64,000 nt of DNA from Spirochaetia bacterium (GCA_965226055.1 CBDDCA010000005.1:320001-384000), one strand, 5' to 3'. Positions 1 to 9,422 are shown, counted from the first letter of the stretch. The notes: generated by a model from the letters alone, not told the origin. Translations and numbers: made by a program.

Positions 1-299
1 GCTGGTGTCGTTGATGTAGCTTTTACAACTACATGCGTAGCATCGCTTGGAGCTTCCCAGCGTAACGAGAGCGTCCCATCATTGCCTGCTGCTTGTATCT
101 GCACATTGGACACTGATGCGAGTGTCGGGGTTACTGGCGTTCCCCCTCCGCCTGATGAGGAACTGCTACTCTCTGCACATCCTACGAGTACGAGGGTAGT
201 CATTACTAGCACTAAAATCAGTGCAACTAGAGTTATACTATACTTACTTTGTAGCTTACCATTTAGCTGATAGTTTAGTTTTTCATTACTTTTTTTCAT
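1..299 (-). CDS. 5' part of a large surface lipoprotein paralogous to 17641-22334 and 33337-38038 (runs off the left edge); in frame, no poly-G
   Basis: Manual translation from ATG 299 (AAGGAG at 306-311): [69 protein letters not shown]..., nearly identical to the N-termini of the two large paralogues; lipobox LVGC. Missed by the ORF track because it is truncated. Confidence 0.9.
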   Translation of the reverse strand, partial: MKKSNEKLNYQLNGKLQSKYSITLVALILVLVMTTLVLVGCAESSSSSSGGGGTPVTPTLASVSNVQIQAAGNDGTLSLRWEAPSDATHVVVKATSTTP

Positions 300-361
300 A
301 ATGTTCTCCTTATAATTATCTATTTATTGTATAATTATATTATACATAATACACAAGTCTT

Positions 362-370
362 ATTATAGCA
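362..370 (-). promoter_or_regulatory. Extended -10 promoter (TGcTATAAT) for the left-edge lipoprotein gene
   Basis: Plus-strand attatagca at 362-370; the same motif lies upstream of the 38038 paralogue (about 38092-38100). Confidence 0.5.
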
Positions 371-403
371 AAAATACTATTTTTTGTGTTATATCTGAAA
401 ATT

Positions 404-424
404 AAAAAAAAAAAAAAAAAAAAA
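404..424. repeat. A21/T21 homopolymer tract
   Basis: 21 consecutive A on the plus strand, 105-125 bp upstream of the ATG at 299. Confidence 0.9.
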
Positions 425-550
425 TACACTGGATTACACAAAAATGCATAGCAAAAAGTGATAATAATGCTACAATAGAGATGCTATGAACAAAATTTGA
501 TCTCTGCTGAAACCTTTACTGTCGCAATTAGTCCTTGAATCCGCACTCTA

Positions 551-1690
551 TTATTTTTCTATTTCGTTACACATAATAGGGATATTATTAGGATCTTTTA
601 GAATACATAGCTTTGAAGAAACATAAGGGGTACTCATACTCTGCTCTTTTTCTACAAGTATAATATGCTCTTGTTCGGCACAAAACGATACAAACGCATC
701 TATTCCTGATACTTCAATACCAAGCGTACAATAATGTTCCAATAATGAGAGAGAACTATTTACAGAAGAAACAGAATCATCACTCTCTGCATTTATCTCT
801 TTTCTTTGCTCTTTGCTCTGCTGTGTTGTGCTTGCTCCCTCCTTTGAATGAGTATTGTTTCTATTTACAGAAACAAGCTCAATTTCAAATCCAAAAAATA
901 TGTCAGGAAAGACAGCAGTTCCTTTTTTTGAACAAATGATTTTAGTTCTTCTTACTTCTTGATTACGTGGCAAAAAAGAAAAATCTTCAAACTTTCTTTG
1001 TTCATCAAACACAACAGTGTCATATTTTGCAATAGAACGATAAAATGCTATGGTGGCATCAATATCTTGTGTTCCTATCATAAGCCCTGCAAATCGTACA
1101 ATGCGTGGTTTCTTAGATAAGCGTAAACGAGATAATGAACATGTATGCTTGGTGGTATCTTCAAAGCAGTATATCCAATTATATTCTGTATCACGAAAGA
1201 AAAATCCTGCTTTATTATCAGGAGATAGGGCAATATGTGATACCTCATATCCGTACATACTCATAGCGTTCCGCAGAATATGTACATCCTCACACTCAAA
1301 CTTTAAGGCAATAATGCCTATACTATCCACTCCTTTTTCTCTATCAAGCAATGGAAACTTTGTATGCAGAAAATGCAATAATGCCACTGACGGACATTTT
1401 GCTTTGTGAAATAAAAATTGGTATAGTACATTACTATTTTGCACATTCAAAGTAGGGTTTACATGATGTAAGAGAGCAGATATTCCTTGTAGCTGTTGTG
1501 TACTGTCTTTATAAGAAAGGTTATATACATCACAGTACTGTTTCTTTGAAAAAGCAAGGTGTTGTGTATAATAATCCAATGTGCGTGCAGGATACCGACA
1601 GCCAAGCCCAAGAAATGATATGCCTGCGGTTTCCCACTGAGCAGGTTGTGTTTCTTTTGTAGTATGTGCAGTATGTGTTGTCTGAGACAT
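551..1690 (-). CDS. VOC (glyoxalase/bleomycin resistance) family protein, divergent
   Basis: Motifs GLMIGTQDIDATIAFY, FFFRDTEYNW and LKDPNNIPI typical of VOC beta-alpha-beta-beta-beta modules. Confidence 0.6.
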   Translation of the reverse strand: MSQTTHTAHTTKETQPAQWETAGISFLGLGCRYPARTLDYYTQHLAFSKKQYCDVYNLSYKDSTQQLQGISALLHHVNPTLNVQNSNVLYQFLFHKAKCPSVALLHFLHTKFPLLDREKGVDSIGIIALKFECEDVHILRNAMSMYGYEVSHIALSPDNKAGFFFRDTEYNWIYCFEDTTKHTCSLSRLRLSKKPRIVRFAGLMIGTQDIDATIAFYRSIAKYDTVVFDEQRKFEDFSFLPRNQEVRRTKIICSKKGTAVFPDIFFGFEIELVSVNRNNTHSKEGASTTQQSKEQRKEINAESDDSVSSVNSSLSLLEHYCTLGIEVSGIDAFVSFCAEQEHIILVEKEQSMSTPYVSSKLCILKDPNNIPIMCNEIEK

Positions 1691-1731
1691 AATGTATATC
1701 CTATAACTACTGTAAAAACATATCGTGTGTA

Positions 1732-2943
1732 TTACTGTTGCTTATATTGCAGAAAAAAATCGTATAATGATTTCATCGCATTTTGTAACTGCTCTGGTGC
1801 TGGTAATATCACTATACGTATATGGTCAGGAGTTTCATAATTAAATGCTCTTCCATGCACAAGCAAAATATGTTTTTGGTGTAAAATATCCAGCACAAGT
1901 TTTTCATCATCTGTAATGGAGAATTTTTTTATATCTATCTTAGGAAATACATACATTGCTCCTTTTGGATATACTGCAGTCATGCCATCAATAGTAGTAA
2001 TAGCGTCCATCACTATCTTTCTTTGTTGATAGAGCCTTCCTTGTGGTGACACTAAATGATCAATGGCATTGTCATGTTGTAATGCAACAGGAACAGCCCA
2101 CTGTGCTAGCACATTACTACACAGTCGCATATTTGAAAGAATAACAAGTCCTTCCATGACATCTTTTAAGCATTTTTTTGGATCATGTACTACTAACCAA
2201 CCTACCCGTAATCCCGGAGCTCGATACGCTTTTGCAAGCCCATTAAAAAAAATACAGGGATAATCGCCACTTATTTCTGCCATATAATGCATTTTTGCAT
2301 CATCATATAGTACTCTTTCATAAATTTCATCAGACAAAATAATAAGATTATGCTTTTTTGCAATAGTAACAATACGCTGTAATACTTCTTTCTCGTACAC
2401 TGCTCCTGTTGGGTTATTAGGGTTTATCACAACTATCGCTTTTGTTTTTGCAGTTATCTTTGATTCAATGTCTTTGCTATCTGGATTCCATTGACTTTGT
2501 TCATCACAGGTATAATACACTGCTTTTCCTCCCCCTAAACGCACCGAAGCAGTCCATAAAGGATAATCTGGAGTAGGAATAAGTATTTCATCTCCATTGT
2601 TTATAAAAGAATTCAATGCCATTGGAATAAGTTCACTTACTCCATTGCCTAAAAAAATAGAATCTGTATGTACAGTGATGCCTCGTTTTTGATAATACGC
2701 TTGAATTGCATTACGAGCAACCAAGCCTCCACGACTATTCCCATATCCATAGCTTTCCTCTTGATGTTCAAACATATGCTTATACACATCAGTGGTAGGA
2801 AACAATCCAAACGGAGGAGTGTTTCCTGTGTTCAACTTAAGAATAGGAATGCCTTGCTGTTCTAATTTCTCAGCTTCTTCCAGCACTATCCCTCGTATAT
2901 CGTAGCCTACATCATCTAGTTTTTTTGATTTTTCCCATAGCAT
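1732..2943 (-). CDS. alaA: Class I/II PLP-dependent aminotransferase (AlaA-like)
   Basis: KSKKLDDVGYDIRG, IFLGNGVSELI, PDYPLWTA, INPNNPTGAVY, SDEIY, NGLAKAYRAPGLRVGW, MRLCSNV. Confidence 0.85.
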   Translation of the reverse strand: MLWEKSKKLDDVGYDIRGIVLEEAEKLEQQGIPILKLNTGNTPPFGLFPTTDVYKHMFEHQEESYGYGNSRGGLVARNAIQAYYQKRGITVHTDSIFLGNGVSELIPMALNSFINNGDEILIPTPDYPLWTASVRLGGGKAVYYTCDEQSQWNPDSKDIESKITAKTKAIVVINPNNPTGAVYEKEVLQRIVTIAKKHNLIILSDEIYERVLYDDAKMHYMAEISGDYPCIFFNGLAKAYRAPGLRVGWLVVHDPKKCLKDVMEGLVILSNMRLCSNVLAQWAVPVALQHDNAIDHLVSPQGRLYQQRKIVMDAITTIDGMTAVYPKGAMYVFPKIDIKKFSITDDEKLVLDILHQKHILLVHGRAFNYETPDHIRIVILPAPEQLQNAMKSLYDFFLQYKQQ

Positions 2944-2958
2944 ATCTGATCTGTATTC

Positions 2959-3405
2959 TTATGAATCTTCCGATGATTGATCATCGAATTTTTCAAATAA
3001 CTTTGCACGCAAATTAGCACGAGTAAAGCTATGTACATCTATTTTTTCTGTACCAAGTAGATTACAAGTACCTTCAAAATCAACATTAGGTTGCATTCTA
3101 ATTTTAGCAGCATGTATATCTCCACGAATATATGCCGTAGAGTATACTAATAATCCTTTTCTTGCATGAATAGTACCATGGAGAGTACCTGCTATTAAAA
3201 TAAAATCAGCCTCTATTCTCGCTTCAATACTCGCACTAGGAAAAATAACCAATAGCTCACCACCTATAATAGAACCTGACACTGATCCCAGTACACTCAG
3301 AGAAGTCTTAAATCGTAGTGTCCCTGTATATTTAGATGTTTTTCCAATTCTACTGTTTGTCTGTGGAAGCTCAATTAAATTGATTTCATTCTTTGTGTTG
3401 CTCAT
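2959..3405 (-). CDS. Bactofilin (polymer-forming cytoskeletal protein)
   Basis: Beta-helix pattern IGKTSKYTGTLRF..LSVLGSVSGSI..IAGTLHGTIHA..IRGDIHA..FEGTC. Confidence 0.85.
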   Translation of the reverse strand: MSNTKNEINLIELPQTNSRIGKTSKYTGTLRFKTSLSVLGSVSGSIIGGELLVIFPSASIEARIEADFILIAGTLHGTIHARKGLLVYSTAYIRGDIHAAKIRMQPNVDFEGTCNLLGTEKIDVHSFTRANLRAKLFEKFDDQSSEDS

Positions 3406-3424
3406 ATATTATTCCTTTCTACTA

Positions 3425-4147
3425 TTATTCTGATGAAGATACTGTGTCATTTTCAATTCCATATGCTGCATTAGCTAGCAAGAAATTCTTTTCATACATA
3501 TCATCTAAATGAGCTATGCCGTCATTACTGGCAATATGGTTAATCATCTCTTGTAATTGTTCTTTTACTGCGTTGATAGCTGCTAGTACTTCTATTGCAC
3601 TCTTTCGTGATACTACAAGATATTCTTTCATCTCTCGTTCATTGAGTTTGTCTGATAATTTGAAATCAATAAATCGTTGTATCGGAGCTCTTACATGTTC
3701 CGCAAGATGTTCGTTGAGCTTTGTAATATTTTCAATACTCTTTGCTTGTGTCTCCCTCTGAGTCCATACCCTAAATTTATGTACAAGCTGTTCAATAGTG
3801 GAAAGGTACGCAATAAGCTCTAGTACATTGATAGGCTTAGCAAGAAAATAGTTAATGCCTTTGCTAAGATATGCTACCTTGTCTATGACAGATTCACTTT
3901 CATGTACCAGTATTTTAGCAACGAAATTATGAAAATATTGACGCTTAATAGTATCTAAAACAACATCCATTTCTTGTTTTGAAAGATCTTCATAGTCCAG
4001 AATTAAAATATACGGCATTTCATCTTTCATATTTGCACACACTTCCTGTGCTGAGTGAAATATTTCAAATTGAAGTTTTAGGGACTGTAATATTTCTAGT
4101 GGTATTTCCAGAAAATGCTTATTATTGCTTACTGCATAAATTATCAT
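3425..4147 (-). CDS. Response-regulator receiver-like protein with helical C-terminus
   Basis: PYILILDY and GINYFLAKPINVLEL receiver motifs; the acidic pocket at the N-terminus is degenerate. Confidence 0.6.
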   Translation of the reverse strand: MIIYAVSNNKHFLEIPLEILQSLKLQFEIFHSAQEVCANMKDEMPYILILDYEDLSKQEMDVVLDTIKRQYFHNFVAKILVHESESVIDKVAYLSKGINYFLAKPINVLELIAYLSTIEQLVHKFRVWTQRETQAKSIENITKLNEHLAEHVRAPIQRFIDFKLSDKLNEREMKEYLVVSRKSAIEVLAAINAVKEQLQEMINHIASNDGIAHLDDMYEKNFLLANAAYGIENDTVSSSE

Positions 4148-4186
4148 ATATACCTCTTACAAAAACACAGAATTACCAGTATTTAT

Positions 4187-5941
4187 TTAATTTTTTAGTA
4201 TACTAATTTTCTTAAAACTAGTGCTATTATATAGTATAGCATAAAGAAACATTACTATACTGAAAACAACACATATTTTTGCAAAAAAATCTTTATATAC
4301 AGTGTATAGGGTAGTCTTTTCTGTATAGACAGGCACATCATATACAATATAATCACGTGTAAAGGAAGGAAGCATGCGAGCAATCTTTCCGTTAGGGTCT
4401 ATCACTGCAGTTATACCAGCGTTTGTCGCACGTAACACAGAACGCTTGTTTTCCACTGCACGTACAACAGAGAGCTGTAAATGTTGCATTGCATTTACTT
4501 CCATTTTAGACCATGCATCATTAGTAATATTTATCAACAGCTCTGCTCCTTTCTCAACAAACACTGCATTTTGAGCACCAAAGCCATCTTCAAAACAAAT
4601 AGGAGTAGCAAACTGTAGCTGTGATGTTGTAAGTATCGTGTATTCTGTTCCCGGTTCCCAAAAATGCACATCTCTCTCTTTTAGTATATTATAGAAAAAG
4701 GAAAGCGAACGTTTATACGGAAAATATTCTGTAAACGGAACAAGATGTAATTTATAGTACGCTCCGTAGCGTTTATTTCCCTTAAATAAAATGGAAGCAT
4801 TATAATCTATCCTTCTAGGATAATTATCTTCGTCAAATACACGAACTCCTTCCCCGTTCCCAATAAGAAAATATGTATCAGGATATTGTTCAAAATAACG
4901 AAGAAGTGTATTGATAAGCCCTACATACTGCGGATTTTGTTTATACTTTAAGTGATATGCAATAGAAGGAACAAACGCTGTTTCTGACCATACTACCATG
5001 TGAACATCATGCTGAGCAAGTAATTCATCACTTAATCTCATTAACTCCTCTAAAGATTTTTTGTATGCACTGTAGCCTCCTTTCCATGGATCTGTATCGT
5101 GCTGCACTAAGCCTATTTTTTTTGTAGTGCTTTGAGAATAATCTACTGTAGCTACCATCCCATAGAGAAGCACAGCAACAAAAAATACTCCATATACAAT
5201 AGTTGCTCCCTTTTCTATAGTTTTTTTATTGTATTGAGAAAGACGTAGATGCCAAGGAGTACGCACCATTGAAGAAACATTGTGTGTCATATTCATATGC
5301 GTTACGGACATTCTTAAAAAATACTGATAGAGTAAGCTAGAAGGAAACACTACAAGTAAACAGAGTATCCATACACCAAATATATCAGTAATCTGTATAA
5401 GGATAGGATAAAAAGAAAGAGCATAGCCAATAACACCAAAGCTATATCCTAAAAAACCAAGTGTTCGTAGATAGTCATATGCTACCCAACAAATAGGCAA
5501 GAGTAAAAAAGCAAAACGAGGAAAACTGATCATAAGTACCTTTATCACCAGAAAATGAACTATGAAATACAAACCATAAATAGCGGGGACAATCAAAGAA
5601 GCGTTAGGATCAAACACAAATAGCCATACATTAAAAACAAGGTAGCATATAAATCCATACAAAAAGCCCCACAATGGCATGCTTCGGAGAGAATTGCGAT
5701 GTATTAACACATATACTGGTAAAACTGCAAAAAATGATACAAATCCCCACCCAAAACGAATAATAACATTAGGAAAAGCACTACTAAATAAAATTACTCC
5801 CATCAATAACAAGATACAGTTTACAAGCAAATTTTTGAAAAACGACTGTGATGGAAAAAAGAAGAGAGAAATACTAGAGGAGATAGTTCGTTGTTTTACT
5901 ATCAGTTTAATTGGCAGTCTAGTTGGCAGCTTAGCCATCAC
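4187..5941 (-). CDS. lnt: Apolipoprotein N-acyltransferase (true start probably downstream of 5941)
   Basis: Multiple TM segments, then VWSETA, YYKLHLVPFTEY, PICFED, NITNDAWS, RAVEN, RATNAGIT. Confidence 0.95.
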   Translation of the reverse strand: MMAKLPTRLPIKLIVKQRTISSSISLFFFPSQSFFKNLLVNCILLLMGVILFSSAFPNVIIRFGWGFVSFFAVLPVYVLIHRNSLRSMPLWGFLYGFICYLVFNVWLFVFDPNASLIVPAIYGLYFIVHFLVIKVLMISFPRFAFLLLPICWVAYDYLRTLGFLGYSFGVIGYALSFYPILIQITDIFGVWILCLLVVFPSSLLYQYFLRMSVTHMNMTHNVSSMVRTPWHLRLSQYNKKTIEKGATIVYGVFFVAVLLYGMVATVDYSQSTTKKIGLVQHDTDPWKGGYSAYKKSLEELMRLSDELLAQHDVHMVVWSETAFVPSIAYHLKYKQNPQYVGLINTLLRYFEQYPDTYFLIGNGEGVRVFDEDNYPRRIDYNASILFKGNKRYGAYYKLHLVPFTEYFPYKRSLSFFYNILKERDVHFWEPGTEYTILTTSQLQFATPICFEDGFGAQNAVFVEKGAELLINITNDAWSKMEVNAMQHLQLSVVRAVENKRSVLRATNAGITAVIDPNGKIARMLPSFTRDYIVYDVPVYTEKTTLYTVYKDFFAKICVVFSIVMFLYAILYNSTSFKKISILKN

Positions 5942-6320
5942 TTAAAGACCACACTGCATCTTTTAAACGTTTCCCTGCTCTAAATGCTACTACAGTGTGT
6001 TCAGGTACTGTAACCACTTCTCCTGTTTTAGGATTCCGTGCTTTAGTCTTTGCTTTTCGCACACGTAGTTCAAATACTCCAAAATCTCGTAATTCTATGC
6101 TATTGCCTGCTATAATCATCTCAGATATTGTTTGTGTACATAATTTTATCAGAATGTTAATATCATGCTCACTTAAAGAATTGAGTGCTATATTATTATT
6201 GTATTCTTCTAGCTCTTGCTCTGTAGCTCCTGAATGTATACTGGCTTTTCTCTGACGAATATAATCTTCAACTTTGTCATATAAGAGCCTAGCAAGATCG
6301 CTTCGAATTAGTTTACTCAA
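5931..6320 (-). CDS. HU/IHF-family DNA-binding protein (Hbb-like) with N-terminal insertion
   Basis: IELRDFGVFELRVRKAKTKARNPKTGE..VAFRAGKRLK; lies between rpsT and lnt. Confidence 0.9.
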   Translation of the reverse strand: MSKLIRSDLARLLYDKVEDYIRQRKASIHSGATEQELEEYNNNIALNSLSEHDINILIKLCTQTISEMIIAGNSIELRDFGVFELRVRKAKTKARNPKTGEVVTVPEHTVVAFRAGKRLKDAVWSLSDG

Positions 6321-6341
6321 CGATAGCTCACAAAAAATATA

Positions 6342-6731
6342 CTACGATTGTGTGATGTCTGGAGTATCGACATCACTTGAAGCAGGGGCGGTACTTTCGG
6401 AAGCATGCTCTGGTACTGTCGCAGAAGAAACAGGACTTTTATGAGCATTCGTATATGTGTGAATTCGCGTAAAAAGACGAGATTTTATTCTTGCTGCCTT
6501 ATTTCTATGATACACTCCCTTGTTTACTGCTGAGTCAGTAAGCCTTACCACTAAACGCAACTGAGACTTAAATGCATCACTGTTAGTGTCAATGGGATCT
6601 TTAGCATGAGGTTGTAGCATAGCAACAATCTTTTTTAGTTCTGTTCTATGTTGAGAAATAATAGACTTATTACGCAGGTGCTTTTTAGCACTTTGAATGG
6701 TTCTTTTCTTTGCCTGTTTTGTATTAGCCAT
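6342..6731 (-). CDS. rpsT: 30S ribosomal protein S20 with C-terminal extension
   Basis: MANTKQAKKR..RNKS..DSAVNKGVYHRNKAARIKSRL. Confidence 0.92.
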   Translation of the reverse strand: MANTKQAKKRTIQSAKKHLRNKSIISQHRTELKKIVAMLQPHAKDPIDTNSDAFKSQLRLVVRLTDSAVNKGVYHRNKAARIKSRLFTRIHTYTNAHKSPVSSATVPEHASESTAPASSDVDTPDITQS

Positions 6732-6897
6732 ATATTTATTATCTTATTTTATATGAAATATGTCAACTATTCTGTAATGAAATTGGAAATTCAAAATCCA
6801 ATGTTTTATATTTGCTACAATGTATATAATTTTCATTGATTGAATATCCTATTTTTTGATTACACACTGCCTCAGCAGTATATTGTATAATATTACT

Positions 6898-7419
6898 ATG
6901 TCAGATAAAAAAGCAAAAATAGCACTATTTGTAGATGGAGCAAATGTATTTTATTCTCAGAAAACAGCAGATTTTTGGATTGATTGGGTAAAACTCATAG
7001 CACATTTAGAACAAGAAAGAGAAGGCAAAATAGAGCAAGCCTTTTATTATATAGGAAGACATATTCCTCCAGAAGCACGAGCCTCAAAATATACAAAATT
7101 TTTACAAAACATCGGCTTTACTGTTAGAACAAAAGACATTAAATTCTTTACAGATCCTGTTACAGGAGAGAAAAAAAGCAAAGCAAATTTAGATATAGAG
7201 ATTGCCTTTGATATGATGTTTACACTTCCACGATATGATACAGCTATTTTATTTAGTGGTGATGGTGATTTTGTTAGAGCGGTTGAATTGGTGAGACAAA
7301 GTAGTAAGGAAATATATGTATACGCAGAACAAAAAAGCATCGCACGGGAATTAAGAAATGCTGCAGGGATGCATTATGTTGATTTTACAACATTAAAAGA
7401 GATCAAAAGAAATAAATAA
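6898..7419 (+). CDS. NYN/LabA/DUF88 (PIN-fold) putative ribonuclease
   Basis: FVDGANV, KANLDIEIAFDM, LFSGDGDF, SIARELRNAA. ATG 6898 preferred, with TATAAT 6 nt upstream. Confidence 0.9.
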   Translation: MSDKKAKIALFVDGANVFYSQKTADFWIDWVKLIAHLEQEREGKIEQAFYYIGRHIPPEARASKYTKFLQNIGFTVRTKDIKFFTDPVTGEKKSKANLDIEIAFDMMFTLPRYDTAILFSGDGDFVRAVELVRQSSKEIYVYAEQKSIARELRNAAGMHYVDFTTLKEIKRNK

Positions 7420-7444
7420 AGTGTATATACTTTAATACTATTCA

Positions 7445-7476
7445 AGCAAGAGAATCATCAAAGCGATTCTCTTGCT
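7445..7476. terminator. 12-bp stem hairpin downstream of the NYN gene (possibly bidirectional)
   Basis: AGCAAGAGAATC-N8-GATTCTCTTGCT. Confidence 0.65.
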
Positions 7477-7605
7477 CAAGATAACTTTTACCCTTTCTCA
7501 TTTTAAGGGTGTTTCATTTATCATCTTCTCCTGATTTAAGGAGATTATATTTCTTCTTCAAAATTTTGAAGTATGATTTGTCTATCTTACAGATGACAAC
7601 ATCTT
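7445..7605 (-). ncRNA. Candidate structured small RNA convergent on the NYN gene
   Basis: Five consecutive hairpins, a closing helix AAGAUG/UAUCUU, and minus-strand TTGACT (7635-7640) with CAATAT/TATAAT boxes upstream. Family not recognised. Confidence 0.4.
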
Positions 7606-7813
7606 ATAATTATATTGATACTTTTTTTAAAAAAAGTCAAGAGTTTTAACGGAAAATTGTGGAATATTTCCTTTCGTGGTACTGCTTTGTAGATAGTATC
7701 AATTTTACGGAGCTCCCTTCAGTTTATGCTTATCAGTGACATTTTCAAATTTTTCTTACATACAATACATCCCCTTTCTTGACCAAAACTATTATTTTCA
7801 CAATAATAAAACT

Positions 7814-8224
7814 ATGAGAAACATATACAGTACACTGCTTTTAGCAATTATTACCTCTCTAACATTGCTTTCAGTAGCAAATTGTGATGTCCCAACCAGT
7901 TCTGTTCCCTATGTATTTTCTCCTCCTACATGGATAATAGGATCATGGCAAGATGAACATCATCGCTTTACTGCTTTTACATTTTCTGAACATGACATTG
8001 ATATTGGAGGAAACTATACTTTGACAGAACTCTATGCAAATGCAAAAGAAACATTTGATGCAGTAAGTACAGATAACAGTATGTATACTATAACACTGGC
8101 AAATAGCATACATACTTTTATAAAGACGAGTAATAGTACTATAATAGAATATTCCTTTAAGAGACTTGACATAGACAAATCCGAAAGCAATATAAAGCTA
8201 AAAAAAATATCTACAAAAAAATAA
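7814..8224 (+). CDS. Small putative lipoprotein (lipocalin-like beta-rich fold possible)
   Basis: From ATG 7814: MRNIYSTLLLAIITSLTLLSVANC lipobox-like signal; PPTWIIGSW motif; TTGACC-17-AATAAT-6-ATG upstream. Confidence 0.65.
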   Translation: MRNIYSTLLLAIITSLTLLSVANCDVPTSSVPYVFSPPTWIIGSWQDEHHRFTAFTFSEHDIDIGGNYTLTELYANAKETFDAVSTDNSMYTITLANSIHTFIKTSNSTIIEYSFKRLDIDKSESNIKLKKISTKK

Positions 8225-8238
8225 TATACTAAAGATAT

Positions 8239-9300
8239 ATGCTAATTGAAGAAAATAGCAAACTCGATTTTTCGGATGTGCTCATACGACCTAAACGTTC
8301 TCCCTTAGGTTCTCGAAAAGAAGTAGACTTATTTCGTACTTTTCATTTTCGCCATACAGACAAAACATTGACAACAATACCAATTATAGCTTCTAATATG
8401 GACGGAGTAGGCACATTTAATGTAGCAAATACTATAGCAAAAGAAGGCTTGATGACTTGCCTTGCAAAGACATATCAACAAGATGAATATATATCTTTTT
8501 ATTCTCATTGTGAACAGCCTTCTATAATAGCGTATACTATGGGAATCAGTGATGCAGATTTCGAAAAATTTAGTTATGTGTATAAACAAGATTCACATAA
8601 GATCAATTTTATTTGCATTGATGTAGCAAATGGTTATTCTGAACGCTGTAGCGACTTTGTTGCAAAAATGCGTGATAGTTTCCCTGATCTTATTATTGCC
8701 GCAGGAAATGTTGTCACAGGAGATATGACTGCTGAGCTTATTCTAAAAGGTGCTGATATTGTGAAATGCGGTATAGGATCAGGGAGTGTTTGTACTACCC
8801 GTATCAAAACTGGGGTTGGTTACCCACAACTTTCTGCAATCATAGAATGTGCTGATGCAGCACATGGCTTAGAGGGACATATTATTTCTGATGGAGGATG
8901 CACTTCTTCGGGAGATGTAGCAAAAGCATTTGGAGCTGGTGCAGATTTTGTTATGTTAGGAGGAATGTTTGCAGGACACAATGAAGGCGGTGGAGAAATA
9001 ATATATGACAAACAAAGCAATGAACCTACTGGAATACGTTTTTATGGCATGAGTTCTGACACTGCTAATAAAAAACATTTTGGAGGACTAAAAGATTACC
9101 GTAGCTCAGAGGGGCGTGAGACAATTATTCCTTACAAAGGGCCTATTAACTCAACAGTACAAGAAATTCTTGGCGGAATTCGTTCTGCCTGCACATATGT
9201 AGGAGCACAAACATTAAAATCGCTTCCAAAGTGTACTACCTTTATCAAGGTACATCGTACTCATAATACTATATACGAAAAATATACAATTAAAGACTAA
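8239..9300 (+). CDS. guaC: GMP reductase (type 1)
   Basis: [63 protein letters not shown]. Confidence 0.95.
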   Translation: MLIEENSKLDFSDVLIRPKRSPLGSRKEVDLFRTFHFRHTDKTLTTIPIIASNMDGVGTFNVANTIAKEGLMTCLAKTYQQDEYISFYSHCEQPSIIAYTMGISDADFEKFSYVYKQDSHKINFICIDVANGYSERCSDFVAKMRDSFPDLIIAAGNVVTGDMTAELILKGADIVKCGIGSGSVCTTRIKTGVGYPQLSAIIECADAAHGLEGHIISDGGCTSSGDVAKAFGAGADFVMLGGMFAGHNEGGGEIIYDKQSNEPTGIRFYGMSSDTANKKHFGGLKDYRSSEGRETIIPYKGPINSTVQEILGGIRSACTYVGAQTLKSLPKCTTFIKVHRTHNTIYEKYTIKD

Positions 9301-9422
9301 TATTCATACAAAAAACAGAGAAAACAATCAGCAAGAAATACTTATAGTCTGCATAAGTGAGCGTAGTGCTATGGCATAGTATCTGTCTTTAAAACAAAGA
9401 AATGATTTTTTTGTATACTAAT

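Noticed and set aside
7445-7605. tRNA, SRP, 6S RNA or a known riboswitch
   Set aside because: No T-loop GTTC, anticodon-arm geometry, SRP loop or recognisable aptamer motif.
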